IMG/VR virus record: IMGVR_UViG_3300023371_000084
Length of the DNA: 64,000 nucleotides
Source of the DNA: an uncultured virus (IMG/VR IMGVR_UViG_3300023371_000084)
Lineage: Duplodnaviria; Heunggongvirae; Uroviricota; Caudoviricetes
Strand: one strand, 5' to 3'
The notes under the pieces are model-generated. The model was not told the origin of the DNA, did no database searches, and worked only from the letters and a program-made list of their open reading frames with translations. Numbering within the stretch: position 1 is the stretch's first letter; each line of letters opens with the position of its first letter. The translations under genes were made by a program, and so were the position numbers. This document shows, piece after piece, positions 29,574 through 39,626 of the stretch.

Positions 29574-30602
29574 TCAATGTGCAGCAATGTCGGCTTCATG
29601 AAGCGTCATAACATCGGCAAACATGTCCTCACCAATCAGGCGCATATCCCTGAGCTTCGCCTTTTCAGACTGCTTCCAGCTCATATAAGGATGCATGTGG
29701 TAATAGATCAGATTGGCGATATATGCGCGTTCATTATTGGTTAGTGCAAGATAAATCAGATAGAAAAGAGATTCATATGCGCCAACACAGTGATGCTGAT
29801 AATAATGATAGTCGCCGTCAAACTCTCTGCGCTTATTCATCTTGGTTTTCGTAAACGGCTTACCAATGTCATGAAGAAGGGCTGCAAGCTGCAAAAGCTT
29901 ATGGTTCGGCTTTGCAAAATACAGATACATCATAGCATTGAAGCAATGCACGCCAACCGTATCACGATGATGCTTATTCTCATGATCCAGATCGAAGAAA
30001 CCGCCCGGATGCTGAGAGAGATTGCACAGAGAATACTTCATAGGAGCGTCGCAGTCCAAATCGGCATGCTCAAAGTCGAAGTGGACATAATCGAATCCCT
30101 CATGGATATGAGGCGGCGCGTAGTTCATGAGCATTCTGCGAATGACGTATTCCGGCACCTTGCGGTCACGCTTCTTACAGCGCTCAAGGCAAACGTCATA
30201 CGGAGTCATCACAGCAATAGCGGTCTTAATGCAATCAATCTTCTTGATGGACTGCAAGAAATCGACGCGGCGCTTCTTATCGATGTTGGTCGCATCATAG
30301 ATGACGCTCACGCCATTTTGCAGATTCTCCTTGATGCGCTTGTGAAGCTCATCGAAAACCTGCGCATTATGGCTCTGATCTTCATCGTCTCCAAAGAGCT
30401 CCTTGCGGAGCTCATCGGAGGAGAGAATGACCGGATGGAGACCTTCAGGGTCAGCAGCAATCTCCTTGGCGTAAGTAGACTTGCCGCTGCCCGGAAGACC
30501 GATCATCATGAATAAAACGGGTGTTTTATCGTCAGAATTGCATTCTGAAACGCCCAAAGTTTGCGGAGTTTCAAGAGAGTGTTCATTCGTCTTGAACATC
30601 AT
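29574..30602 (-). CDS. polynucleotide kinase (P-loop) fused to HD phosphohydrolase
   Basis: GLPGSGKST, SSD.LR, YDATN; C-terminal H...LLHDIGKP...H...HM...D. Confidence 0.9.
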   Translation of the reverse strand: MMFKTNEHSLETPQTLGVSECNSDDKTPVLFMMIGLPGSGKSTYAKEIAADPEGLHPVILSSDELRKELFGDDEDQSHNAQVFDELHKRIKENLQNGVSVIYDATNIDKKRRVDFLQSIKKIDCIKTAIAVMTPYDVCLERCKKRDRKVPEYVIRRMLMNYAPPHIHEGFDYVHFDFEHADLDCDAPMKYSLCNLSQHPGGFFDLDHENKHHRDTVGVHCFNAMMYLYFAKPNHKLLQLAALLHDIGKPFTKTKMNKRREFDGDYHYYQHHCVGAYESLFYLIYLALTNNERAYIANLIYYHMHPYMSWKQSEKAKLRDMRLIGEDMFADVMTLHEADIAAH

Positions 30603-31896
30603 TTGTCATCTGCTCCTCAGCTTCTTCAATATCCGGGGCATCCGCTGTATCCTTGATGATTCCTTCAAGCACCTTAAAGCTGAAATTCTTGTGCTTATAG
30701 GCTGTAAAGTGCTCGCGGTTATCAATTCGCACAACTACGCCCTCTCGTACATGCGTCTTACCGATGGGATCTGCGCCGTCGTAATACTTTTCAACGCGCT
30801 CCATGAGGTCTTCCCAAGTGGTGAAAATGAACTTTTCAAATTCAGGAACACACTTCACACCCATCTTTTCACATTCGATCTTGACCTGCTCCCACGGGAT
30901 TTCAACTTCGTAACCATCCTCATTGCTCATAGTCATGCGATAGACATAGATATCGCTCTTGCCGATATCGCAGCCATAGGAGAAGACAGTCTCATCACCA
31001 TACTGCTTTGTGAACTCCTTATCCTTAACCAGCTTATTGGAGCAACGTCCCATAATGGTCTTGCTCTCATCAATCCAGCCAACGATCTCGTAGAACACGC
31101 ACATACCCTTGGGCAGACGATCTCGCAGCATCGCATGATACTGCTCTCTGAACGCATTGCTGCCATAGTATCCGCCGTCGTAATTCCTGAGCGTGGTACG
31201 GCGCGTACCGCTTACGCAGGAATAATGACGGGTTTCCTTGGGCTTTGTGCGGAAAAGATGATGATAGAAACGAGTCGGCTTGCGGCGAACCTCAATGGTG
31301 TTGGCCGTTCTTGCGGAAGTTCCATGCATCTTCAAGGTGATGTAGCATGTATCACCCGGCCTGAACGCGCCCTGATTATAGGCGAGCTGCGCCGTGTCGA
31401 TATGCTCCTTGAAGAATGGATAATTAACCTTATCCTCCGGCTTGCGCTTATCCTTATACTTTCCGTTACCGCCAGTCGTCTTCGCCGCCTGTCTGCGTGG
31501 AATATACTTACGGCAAATCAGATGCCCGTTGAGCTCGCTGATCTGCTGGCCATCGACAAGGGTATTGATGTCCACATACGGCTCAAGTACCTTAATCGGA
31601 AGAACCAGACCATCAGACTTTTCGCCGCGCAACTTGAGTGCTGTGATATTCCGCTTATCCGGGTCAAGATATCCGCCTGTGTTGTTTCCGTTTTCATCCT
31701 TGATTCGGACAAGGTTATTAGCCTTGGCAAACTCTTCACTGAGCTGACCATCGACCGGGAAATAGATTACGCGCTGACCGACCTGATAGCTCAGATCGAC
31801 AATGACGTTATTTCCGAAGATTGTTGCGCACTGCAGACGATCTGCGTTGCTGTGCTTTCTTAGATCCCGGATTGTTGTAATGTATGCGTTGTACAT
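30583..31896 (-). CDS. ATP-dependent RNA ligase (DRB0094/Rnl-like)
   Basis: HSNADRL N-terminal OB motif, KLRG.KS.GL, motif I LKMHGTS, YEIVG, REGVV, K.K. Confidence 0.85.
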   Translation of the reverse strand: MYNAYITTIRDLRKHSNADRLQCATIFGNNVIVDLSYQVGQRVIYFPVDGQLSEEFAKANNLVRIKDENGNNTGGYLDPDKRNITALKLRGEKSDGLVLPIKVLEPYVDINTLVDGQQISELNGHLICRKYIPRRQAAKTTGGNGKYKDKRKPEDKVNYPFFKEHIDTAQLAYNQGAFRPGDTCYITLKMHGTSARTANTIEVRRKPTRFYHHLFRTKPKETRHYSCVSGTRRTTLRNYDGGYYGSNAFREQYHAMLRDRLPKGMCVFYEIVGWIDESKTIMGRCSNKLVKDKEFTKQYGDETVFSYGCDIGKSDIYVYRMTMSNEDGYEVEIPWEQVKIECEKMGVKCVPEFEKFIFTTWEDLMERVEKYYDGADPIGKTHVREGVVVRIDNREHFTAYKHKNFSFKVLEGIIKDTADAPDIEEAEEQMTNDVQDE

Positions 31897-32130
31897 TTCC
31901 TTGCTCCTTTTTCTTTTCCGGTGGAGCAATCGCATTGTTCTGTTTATACTTTGTCTGCTTTGGTTTTAAACTAGGGAATTGAAAAGGTGTCTTTCTCGTT
32001 TCAAACCAGCAGATCGGGCAGCGATTGAATGTCACCGCCTTTTCCTTGGTAAACTGGACAACCACTTTCATCGGCTTAAAACATTTCTTACATAACATAC
32101 CGATCACTCCTATAAGTATTGATTGACATT

Positions 32131-32170
32131 ATTATACATCTAATCCACGTTTCAGTCAATACTTTTTCTG
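32131..32170 (-). promoter_or_regulatory. sigma-A promoter with CAGAAAAAGTA motif
   Basis: TTGACT-17 nt-TATAAT (TG immediately before the -10 box). Confidence 0.75.
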
Positions 32171-32172
32171 GA

Positions 32173-32922
32173 TTATTTGTTGTCATGAATTGCATCACGA
32201 ATTCGACGTTCTGCTATACTGAAATACCCTTCATCCTTTTCTATACCGATAAAACGCCTGCCTGTATTGACGCAGGCAATGCCCGTTGTGCCAGAACCCA
32301 TACAGTTATCCAGCACGATATGGTTTTCATCAGTATAGGTTTTGATCAGGTATTCACACAGCTCAACAGGTTTTTGAGTTGGATGAACCGTCTTAGAAGC
32401 GTGCGGCTTTTGAAAACGAACGATACTTCTTGGATGCTTCATACAGCCAAGCGATTCTGAATTATCAACAAAATCGAATGAGCCATAATTATGGTTTGCT
32501 CTATCCTTCTTTGCACCGCTGCTATGATTCTTCTCCCCTATCGTCTTCTGCGGATGATATACTGGCTGTTTATCATAGAAGACGCAGATTTCTTCATGGG
32601 ATCTGAGTGGCATACGGTTTGCATTCAGAAATCCAGTGACAAGCACCTTATCCCAAACGAGATTGTACCGCCACATTTTCGGATTGGAGAGCATCAGATT
32701 TGCTTCAAACATGCCGTCTGAAAACAGCACAATCGCAGCATTAGGCTTGATGATTCGCTTGTATTGCCTCCACAGCTCATCCAGAGGAAGCGCGGAGTCC
32801 CATTTGTTCTTGGTTACTCCGCCATATGGAAGATCGCACAAAACCATATCGATGCTGTGACTTGGGATCTCCTTCATCAGCTCAAGGCAGTCTCCTTGAT
32901 GCAATGTAACCCTATCCGTCAT
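32173..32922 (-). CDS. DNA methyltransferase (N4/N6, beta class)
   Basis: DLPY, HPTQKP, LDNCMGSGTT. Confidence 0.93.
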   Translation of the reverse strand: MTDRVTLHQGDCLELMKEIPSHSIDMVLCDLPYGGVTKNKWDSALPLDELWRQYKRIIKPNAAIVLFSDGMFEANLMLSNPKMWRYNLVWDKVLVTGFLNANRMPLRSHEEICVFYDKQPVYHPQKTIGEKNHSSGAKKDRANHNYGSFDFVDNSESLGCMKHPRSIVRFQKPHASKTVHPTQKPVELCEYLIKTYTDENHIVLDNCMGSGTTGIACVNTGRRFIGIEKDEGYFSIAERRIRDAIHDNK

Positions 32923-32923
32923 G

Positions 32924-33175
32924 TCAGGTTGTCAGATCGATTCCCTCGATCTTCGCTCGTTCAAGCAAAATGAACAGATACTTGTCCATCGCCTTGATCT
33001 GATCCATAAGCAGCTCCATCGGACACTTTGGCGTGAAACCAAGTGCGTCGCTTGCATAGGATTCAACCATCCTATAAAGCCTATCGCGCCTGATCTTGGT
33101 TTGATCGTATTCTGCCTTAAAACGCTGCTGATGGTCAACGCTGGTCATCATATCAATCGTGTCTTTAAGATCCAT
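32924..33175 (-). CDS. crAss001_48-like small helical protein
   Basis: RFKAEY.Q..IR..L, LL..Q..AM..YL.IL..R. Confidence 0.6.
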   Translation of the reverse strand: MDLKDTIDMMTSVDHQQRFKAEYDQTKIRRDRLYRMVESYASDALGFTPKCPMELLMDQIKAMDKYLFILLERAKIEGIDLTT

Positions 33176-33263
33176 ATTTATCCCTCTTTTCTATATAATT
33201 ATGGGATATATACCCCACTATGATAGTATTTTCGTGTGATTTGCAGAAATTGCTCTCCACAGA

Positions 33264-33809
33264 TCAAGATTCTGCTTTCTGTCTCCAAGCGTGCGCATCG
33301 CGCTCTTCCTTGGTCGGCTTGTCCTTCCATACGCGCCAAGTGCGGCCATAGTCTGCGAGCTTGTACACATTGCCATCCAGAATCTGCTCGCCATACTGGT
33401 GGTTACAATTTGTAATCACCATTGGGACAAGAGCGCCGCTGAAGAACTCGACCCAGACAGGACTTCCAAGGTCATCCACTTCATTCAGGATAAAGTCGAT
33501 TGAAAGCGGATGACGCATATCCTTCGTCTTCTCATCTTCCAAGATGAGATCATAGAGCTTCTGCATAGACTCCAGATAGCCGCGCATATGTTCGGCATTC
33601 TTAAACACGAGTCCAGTTACATGCACGCACTCTTTGGCCTCTTCCTCGGTCATCTCTTCAATCGCGCCAACATTCCTGCACTTGGGAGACGCATGAATGG
33701 AAATCGCGTAATAGTTGTTGTCCTTATCGCCATATCTGCCATGGGAAATCACGGCGCAACCCGGCTCGATAAACCACATCTTGTTATTATCAACATTCAC
33801 ATTAGCCAT
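33264..33809 (-). CDS. hypothetical protein, shared C-terminal domain
   Basis: DYGRTWRVWKDKPT C-terminus. Confidence 0.6.
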   Translation of the reverse strand: MANVNVDNNKMWFIEPGCAVISHGRYGDKDNNYYAISIHASPKCRNVGAIEEMTEEEAKECVHVTGLVFKNAEHMRGYLESMQKLYDLILEDEKTKDMRHPLSIDFILNEVDDLGSPVWVEFFSGALVPMVITNCNHQYGEQILDGNVYKLADYGRTWRVWKDKPTKEERDAHAWRQKAES

Positions 33810-34075
33810 TAGAAGGGTTCCTCCTCATCTGTCTTCACATCAAGCACAAGCATGCGCTCGATCTTATCTTTGAGACGCTGGATCTCTCTATCCTTTTCGT
33901 TCATCTTGGCATTGATCTTCTCGATCTCCTGATGCCTTGTTGCGTTCTTTTCAACAAGCTCACGATACTCGGCCAGCGTAATCGTCACCGTGATTTCATC
34001 CTGACTGATATAATCGTGCTTGTTTTCTCCGTATCCGGTCATCTCTTTGCCGTACTTCTTTTGAGTCTGTTCCAT
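33809..34075 (-). CDS. hypothetical coiled-coil protein
   Basis: VTITLAEYRELV motif. Confidence 0.6.
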   Translation of the reverse strand: MEQTQKKYGKEMTGYGENKHDYISQDEITVTITLAEYRELVEKNATRHQEIEKINAKMNEKDREIQRLKDKIERMLVLDVKTDEEEPF

Positions 34076-34254
34076 AGATTTACCTCATTTCGTTGTGCAT
34101 TAAAACGTAGGGCTTCGGGTCGTAACACCTGCAAAACATGCCTGTGAGAGAATACAAAGTAATGGGTTTACCCTTTACATTGCAGTAATGATTGATGATC
34201 AATGGTGAGCAATGCTTACACGTAGAACATCTCCTATGTTTCTGCCTGTATTCA

Positions 34255-35091
34255 TCAGGGCTCATATCTTTCATCCAGTCCATCTTTTACCTCGGATTCA
34301 ATTGCACACTTCATAACTTCAACAAGCGTTTTGTTCAGCAATTCTTCTACAGCATGATTGACGTATCTATCATGGACGACCTTATACGCCTCTACAGCGT
34401 CCGTCATCACATCGACGATCTCATCTGCTCTACGCACCGCATCGTGAAGTGGAAGTTCTTGCTTTTTCAGAGAAATCAGATAATCACGGTTCTGACTGAT
34501 CAAACACTCTTCATACGGAACGCCGTTTGTATACCGATAGAAGAATTCCAAGATGCGCTCCATATGATGAAGCTGTTTGCCATCATAACCATATTTCTTC
34601 ACAACCTCCGCTGCGGACGGATGCGGCTTCATGAGCATGCTGCGTTTCTGATTAACCATACCAAGCATGCAATGGAGAGCTGCATAATTGCTGTAATGCG
34701 CAATCTCTTCACGTCTAATGAACACATCGCTCATCTGCTCGTCATACTTTGGATTGACGATGTTCCATTTTGTAAACAGGATCTCAAGGAAGTTGATGTT
34801 TTGCTTCTTAAAGCAATCAAACATCAATCGGATATCCTTGACATCCACATGTTCATCGTTGGGCATGACAAGCGTAGTCGATATTGGCTGCTTATTAAGC
34901 GCAATATCCTCAAGAGATGGAAGAACAATGATCTTTGTGTCGATATCGCTGGTTTCATAATCCAGACCGTAGTTCTGAGATCCCTGAAGGAAAATGCCAA
35001 TCCAATCGTTTGGATATGTTTTCAGGTAATGATTCAAGTGCTCTCTCAGCCTTGACTCAATGATCATGTCTTTTCTTAGCTCTTCCGGCAT
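34255..35091 (-). CDS. DNA polymerase beta-superfamily nucleotidyltransferase (RlaP-like)
   Basis: GSQNYGL....SDIDTK, N.N.LE.L, YD.K.L.H..R. Confidence 0.85.
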   Translation of the reverse strand: MPEELRKDMIIESRLREHLNHYLKTYPNDWIGIFLQGSQNYGLDYETSDIDTKIIVLPSLEDIALNKQPISTTLVMPNDEHVDVKDIRLMFDCFKKQNINFLEILFTKWNIVNPKYDEQMSDVFIRREEIAHYSNYAALHCMLGMVNQKRSMLMKPHPSAAEVVKKYGYDGKQLHHMERILEFFYRYTNGVPYEECLISQNRDYLISLKKQELPLHDAVRRADEIVDVMTDAVEAYKVVHDRYVNHAVEELLNKTLVEVMKCAIESEVKDGLDERYEP

Positions 35092-35095
35092 TTAA

Positions 35096-35893
35096 TCACC
35101 CTCTTCGTAAAGTGAATTCAATTGGAATGCGAAATACCGGAATGGGCTTCAGCTTAAACTCGTTCTTTTTGTGGAGATAGTCAATCTTTGCCTTGATTGC
35201 AATATCTTTGCACTCTCCCGTCCTGATGTAATGATCAAGAACCGCATAAGAGAAGCCAAAGCTGTCTTCGTCCGTCTTGCCACACAGACCATCGCTGGGA
35301 ACCTTCCTGACCATCTCTTCCGGCAAACCAAGCGCAAGCCCAATCTGTACCACTTCGCTGCAAGTCAGTCCACCAAGCGGAGCAAAATCGCCTGCGCCAT
35401 CTCCATATCGGGTAGAATAACCAATCCAATCCTCGGAAAGATTGCATGTATTGGCTACGCGACCACCGATGCTCTGGCTGATTGCATACAAGGTTGCCAT
35501 GCGAATACGCGGAGGAAGATTGATCATCGCCTGCTCAGTCATACTGATCGCTCCAGACGTATAAGAATAGTCTGCTTGGCAACGATATAAGCTATATGGC
35601 ATACAGATTTCGGTTGCAATATCGTTACATGCATCTTCAATGTTGATCTGAACAAAATCAATACCAAGATGGTTCACAACATCTGCCGCATCATCGATAT
35701 CCGGCTGTTCACCATTGGGCATCAGCACACCAAACACACGATCACGGCCAAGAGCTTCTACACAAAGCGCCGCAACGACGGTGGAATCCTTGCCGCCTGA
35801 AATACCAATTACAGCTTTGCATCCGCTGCCGTTTTCTTCAAACCAATTGCGAATCCATTCTACGCACTGGTCTTTAAGTTTCATAGCGTCCAT
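35096..35893 (-). CDS. nadE: NH3-dependent NAD+ synthetase
   Basis: GISGGKDS, N..PRIRM..LY, TCNLSE..GYSTRYGD, PSDGL...TDE. Confidence 0.95.
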   Translation of the reverse strand: MDAMKLKDQCVEWIRNWFEENGSGCKAVIGISGGKDSTVVAALCVEALGRDRVFGVLMPNGEQPDIDDAADVVNHLGIDFVQINIEDACNDIATEICMPYSLYRCQADYSYTSGAISMTEQAMINLPPRIRMATLYAISQSIGGRVANTCNLSEDWIGYSTRYGDGAGDFAPLGGLTCSEVVQIGLALGLPEEMVRKVPSDGLCGKTDEDSFGFSYAVLDHYIRTGECKDIAIKAKIDYLHKKNEFKLKPIPVFRIPIEFTLRRG

Positions 35894-35897
35894 CTTA

Positions 35898-36362
35898 TCA
35901 GCCTCCGTTATATTCGCAGACAATGACATCATCTGAATCGTCGCAGAAGACTTCCTCGATCATCTGATACACGATAGACCAATCGCCGCCTCCACGATGA
36001 CAACCCATCAGATACGGAATGGCAATACGCTTGCCAACACAATTGGTTTTTACAGTTTCAAGACACTTGCGAAGAGCGTCATAGTCGGTATAACATGCGC
36101 CGTCATAGCCAAAGTTCTCCTGAGCAAACAGGTTTGCAATAAACATATTGGAATCAGCCATGACGATCTGGGCGATGCCAAGCAGATCACGTCGAGCGCC
36201 AGCCTTTGCATCGCATGCCTTTTTATAGGCATAGTAGACTCGCGGGAAACGCTTGCGAACTTGCAGGGCAACACCGCTGCCCATAGCGCCCTGACAATTG
36301 ACCTGATGTAGAACAACGTCTGCACCAGAGTCAAAAATGTTGCACTTTACATGCTGGATCAT
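35898..36362 (-). CDS. macrodomain (ADP-ribose processing, Poa1p/DarG-like)
   Basis: HQVNCQG.MGSGVA, IANLF.Q, IAIPY.MGC..GG.DW. Confidence 0.9.
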   Translation of the reverse strand: MIQHVKCNIFDSGADVVLHQVNCQGAMGSGVALQVRKRFPRVYYAYKKACDAKAGARRDLLGIAQIVMADSNMFIANLFAQENFGYDGACYTDYDALRKCLETVKTNCVGKRIAIPYLMGCHRGGGDWSIVYQMIEEVFCDDSDDVIVCEYNGG

Positions 36363-37879
36363 TAGAAATTTCCTCCATTCAGGATATCTCGCACTTCACT
36401 GAGCTTCTGTGTTCTGAGCATGCCGCCATTACAGAAGACCGGACGAAGAAGATTGGTGCTCGTACAAGATTCATTCCACGTATGACCATCTGTATAGACG
36501 AGCTTTCCGCTTTCATCGCGCCTGACGATACAGCATCCCTTCTGAGACTTCTTAAAGCCGCCGTCCTTGGGATTCTTGAAGATCGGGACGGGCTTACCGT
36601 CGATCTCGCAATATGTCGCCTTGATACAGGAAGAGAAGGTGTCGCGCGTAAACGGCTTGAGCACATTGGCATACATACCGCCACCCTCAATCCTATCCTC
36701 GATGAACTCATACTCTTCGATGCACTGCATAGAGAACGAGCCAACGCCGAGCGCCACATTACAGGCCGCAAAACCATTCTCTTTAAGAATCTCATAAATC
36801 TTCTCGCAACGCTGAATGGTAATGGAATCCCCATAAATCGCCTTGACATGCGGATCGAGCACCTTATAACCCTTGGAGTTGATCTTGCCGCCAAACATGT
36901 CCCAAAGCTTAAAGACAGTCTCAGTTACAACTTCGACGCAATCGCCAGAATCGCCGCGCATGAGCATACAGCCGTTGTGTGCAAGAATCTCCTCCTTAAT
37001 CTGCGGAAGGATATTGTCGATGACATTCCAGTAATCGTAACTATCCAGCACGCAGGAGAAGCTTGTATTTGGATAAATCTCCGTGAGCAAGCGCTTTAGC
37101 AGCGTCACTTCATCGCCATCGACGGCAAAGTTTGAACACATAACAGAATGCTCCGTGCTTGCACTGCCAAAGGCAACAGCTTCCTTTGTGCAATCACAAT
37201 CATACATCTGCTCAAGATATGGGATTGTCGGCACGGTTGCAGTATTGAGGAAGGACAGGCACCAGCCAGCGCCAGCCTTGACAGCAGACTGTAAGCACTC
37301 TTCTCCACGGAAATCAAACGCGCCAAGCGCCTTTGAACGAGAAATATTGTCGTCACACGTCTCGTCGTAATACTTATTGACAATCTGACGATAGGTGTGA
37401 CCAACCGTTGCTGCAATCATCGGATGCCACATTTCAGCGGAAATAAGGCTTTCCAGCGCCTGCGGGAGCCAAGCAAAATCATCATGCGTATTGGTAATAC
37501 CGAACATCGGCACATGCATAGGAACCTTGGTTCCTTCCGGCAGTGCAATGATCTTGATAGGCAGATATCCAAGAGCATGAAGCTTTTCGATCTTCTCAAT
37601 GCCGTAAACGCCCTTGCCAAGTGCAGCGTCCATAACGCGCTTATACTCGCCGACAGCCTCTTCATACGGCTTATTAAAGAATTCCTGATTGAAATAGTCA
37701 ATCAGATACGTCTTGATAAACGCCTGCAAGCCAAACATGACAACGCTATCCCACATCTTCACACGGCTCATACGTGGCGTGAAATAGGAAACGGATTTGG
37801 TAATGCCCTTGGGAAGCATTTCCGCATGGACAGCCTTATAAAAATCGATAAGGAGCATTGGATTCGTATTACATCTCAT
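36362..37879 (-). CDS. NAMPT-fold nicotinamide/nicotinate phosphoribosyltransferase (Namat-like)
   Basis: DFYK..H, FGLQ, F..RG, STEHSV, DSYD, R.DSGD, IYGDSIT, GVGS, KKS.KG. Confidence 0.9.
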   Translation of the reverse strand: MRCNTNPMLLIDFYKAVHAEMLPKGITKSVSYFTPRMSRVKMWDSVVMFGLQAFIKTYLIDYFNQEFFNKPYEEAVGEYKRVMDAALGKGVYGIEKIEKLHALGYLPIKIIALPEGTKVPMHVPMFGITNTHDDFAWLPQALESLISAEMWHPMIAATVGHTYRQIVNKYYDETCDDNISRSKALGAFDFRGEECLQSAVKAGAGWCLSFLNTATVPTIPYLEQMYDCDCTKEAVAFGSASTEHSVMCSNFAVDGDEVTLLKRLLTEIYPNTSFSCVLDSYDYWNVIDNILPQIKEEILAHNGCMLMRGDSGDCVEVVTETVFKLWDMFGGKINSKGYKVLDPHVKAIYGDSITIQRCEKIYEILKENGFAACNVALGVGSFSMQCIEEYEFIEDRIEGGGMYANVLKPFTRDTFSSCIKATYCEIDGKPVPIFKNPKDGGFKKSQKGCCIVRRDESGKLVYTDGHTWNESCTSTNLLRPVFCNGGMLRTQKLSEVRDILNGGNF

Positions 37880-38657
37880 ACTGAATTACCTCGATCTTTG
37901 GATGTGAAGCGGTGAAGATGGAGCCTGTGGTAAATACCTTTTCAATCAGGCCAGATTCAAGAAGTTCACCATCGAGAATGGTATTCTCACAATGGGTAAC
38001 GCACAGATAAATCTTGCCTGCGCCAAGCTCTTTGAGCTTCTTTGCGCTATGATAGAACGTTCCTCCACGGGAACAGATATCATCGACAATCAGAATATCT
38101 TTTCCCCTAATCTCATCGGCATCTCCAACGACATCCAGCCCAAGGATCTTTCCGGTTTTCCAATCGCGCTTTTTGATACCGAAAACATACTTGGCCTTTA
38201 CCTCTTCCGAATATCGCTTCATTGCTCCCTCATCGGGATAGAAGAATAGCGGTGCGCCGATTCTGCTTGCTACGTGAGCAATAAGATCGCTCGCCGATAC
38301 AATAACTGCGCGATCAATGAGCGCTTCGGAAACATGAGAATGCGGATCAAGGACAACAACTTCATTGAATCCAAGATCGTTGATCACTTCGGCAAAGTAT
38401 TTGAGCGTGAACACCTCGTCGCTATTCTTGATGCGATCCATACGTGCATTTGGCACGTAGGGCATAATCAAATGAATATCCTTATTACTACGCTCCTTGA
38501 TATGCTTGGTTAAGCAAATCAGCGTAAACAACTCTTCATTGCTCTCAAACAGCCACTTGATTGTGTGATGAGACTTGCCTGAACATGAGGCGTTAAAATG
38601 AATCGTACCATCCGGGAAATATCCGGGCTTAACGATTTCGCCATTATACTTAATCAT
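37869..38657 (-). CDS. PRPP synthetase-like pyrophosphokinase (Adps-like)
   Basis: FPDG, PY.PNAR.DR, DPHS, PD.GA.KR, K.RD, IVDDICS.GGTF. Confidence 0.9.
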   Translation of the reverse strand: MIKYNGEIVKPGYFPDGTIHFNASCSGKSHHTIKWLFESNEELFTLICLTKHIKERSNKDIHLIMPYVPNARMDRIKNSDEVFTLKYFAEVINDLGFNEVVVLDPHSHVSEALIDRAVIVSASDLIAHVASRIGAPLFFYPDEGAMKRYSEEVKAKYVFGIKKRDWKTGKILGLDVVGDADEIRGKDILIVDDICSRGGTFYHSAKKLKELGAGKIYLCVTHCENTILDGELLESGLIEKVFTTGSIFTASHPKIEVIQYEM

Positions 38658-38668
38658 GGCAAATCTCC

Positions 38669-39184
38669 TTACTCTCCAATCACATTGATCTGACAGGACT
38701 TCATGACGGTGAGCGCAGCATTATGTGCTTCAACAGAGGTTCCAGCACAACAGGAAGCATCAACAGTAATCTCAACTTCCGGGTACATCGCCTTGAGAAT
38801 CAATGCATTGGACACAACGCAGATGTCCGTGCATACGCCAATCATTTCAATCTGATCAAAGTCGCCAAGATCCCAGCCAAGATAGCCGAAAGTTGGCTTT
38901 GTGATGCACTGATGTGCATTTCCATTCAGGTTATTCAGATTCTGGACAACCATCCATCCATGTGCCCCGGCAATACAATGCTGCACCGGAAGCTTCTTGC
39001 CCTCCTGCGTCATCATGTAATCCGCATCGTGCGTATCAAGCGTGAAAATCACATGCGTACCTTCATTCTGCGCCTGCTCAATCTTCGCTTTTACGCCGTT
39101 ATAGATCGACTGCGCATTAGCACTGCCAAGCGCACCAAACACAAAATCGTTCTGATAATCGACAACAATAAGAACCTTGTTCAT
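38669..39184 (-). CDS. pncA: nicotinamidase (isochorismatase family)
   Basis: VVDYQNDF, DTH, HC, K.TFG, GVCTDICV Asp-Lys-Cys triad. Confidence 0.85.
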   Translation of the reverse strand: MNKVLIVVDYQNDFVFGALGSANAQSIYNGVKAKIEQAQNEGTHVIFTLDTHDADYMMTQEGKKLPVQHCIAGAHGWMVVQNLNNLNGNAHQCITKPTFGYLGWDLGDFDQIEMIGVCTDICVVSNALILKAMYPEVEITVDASCCAGTSVEAHNAALTVMKSCQINVIGE

Positions 39185-39185
39185 C

Positions 39186-39626
39186 TTAATATCTCCTTAC
39201 TCTTTTCTTTTCAAATTCAAACCGCCGCATTCTTTCTTCAGTTGGCTTTGACAACCAGCATCGCCATTCGATACCATATTTTTCTGTGTTTTCATCATCT
39301 TCAAGCCAATACTTTACGGAGCCATTGTCATCCCATCCGCTGTTTTCAGGATACGCGCAGTCTTCAATCCATAATGGAGATGGATCTTCCTCCCCGATGT
39401 GTTTCTTAACTTCATCAAGCGACATCGGTTTAAGTGGAGGATATTTCATGGCTGCTTCATAAGCATATTGCCTTTTATCTGCTTCGGTCATGGTGTCACA
39501 GCTTTCATCCCATATCACAATAGGCGAACTGCTGTAGCATTCCGGACAGCGCCAACAGTAGGAATCATCTTCCATTTCTGCGCCGCAATATCGGCACGTT
39601 GGAGTTGGTTTCTTTTCATTCTCCAA
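39186..39626 (-). CDS. Zn-ribbon protein with shared C-terminal domain
   Basis: CxxC...CxxC; YGIEWRCWLSKPT. Confidence 0.6.
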   Translation of the reverse strand: MENEKKPTPTCRYCGAEMEDDSYCWRCPECYSSSPIVIWDESCDTMTEADKRQYAYEAAMKYPPLKPMSLDEVKKHIGEEDPSPLWIEDCAYPENSGWDDNGSVKYWLEDDENTEKYGIEWRCWLSKPTEERMRRFEFEKKRVRRY

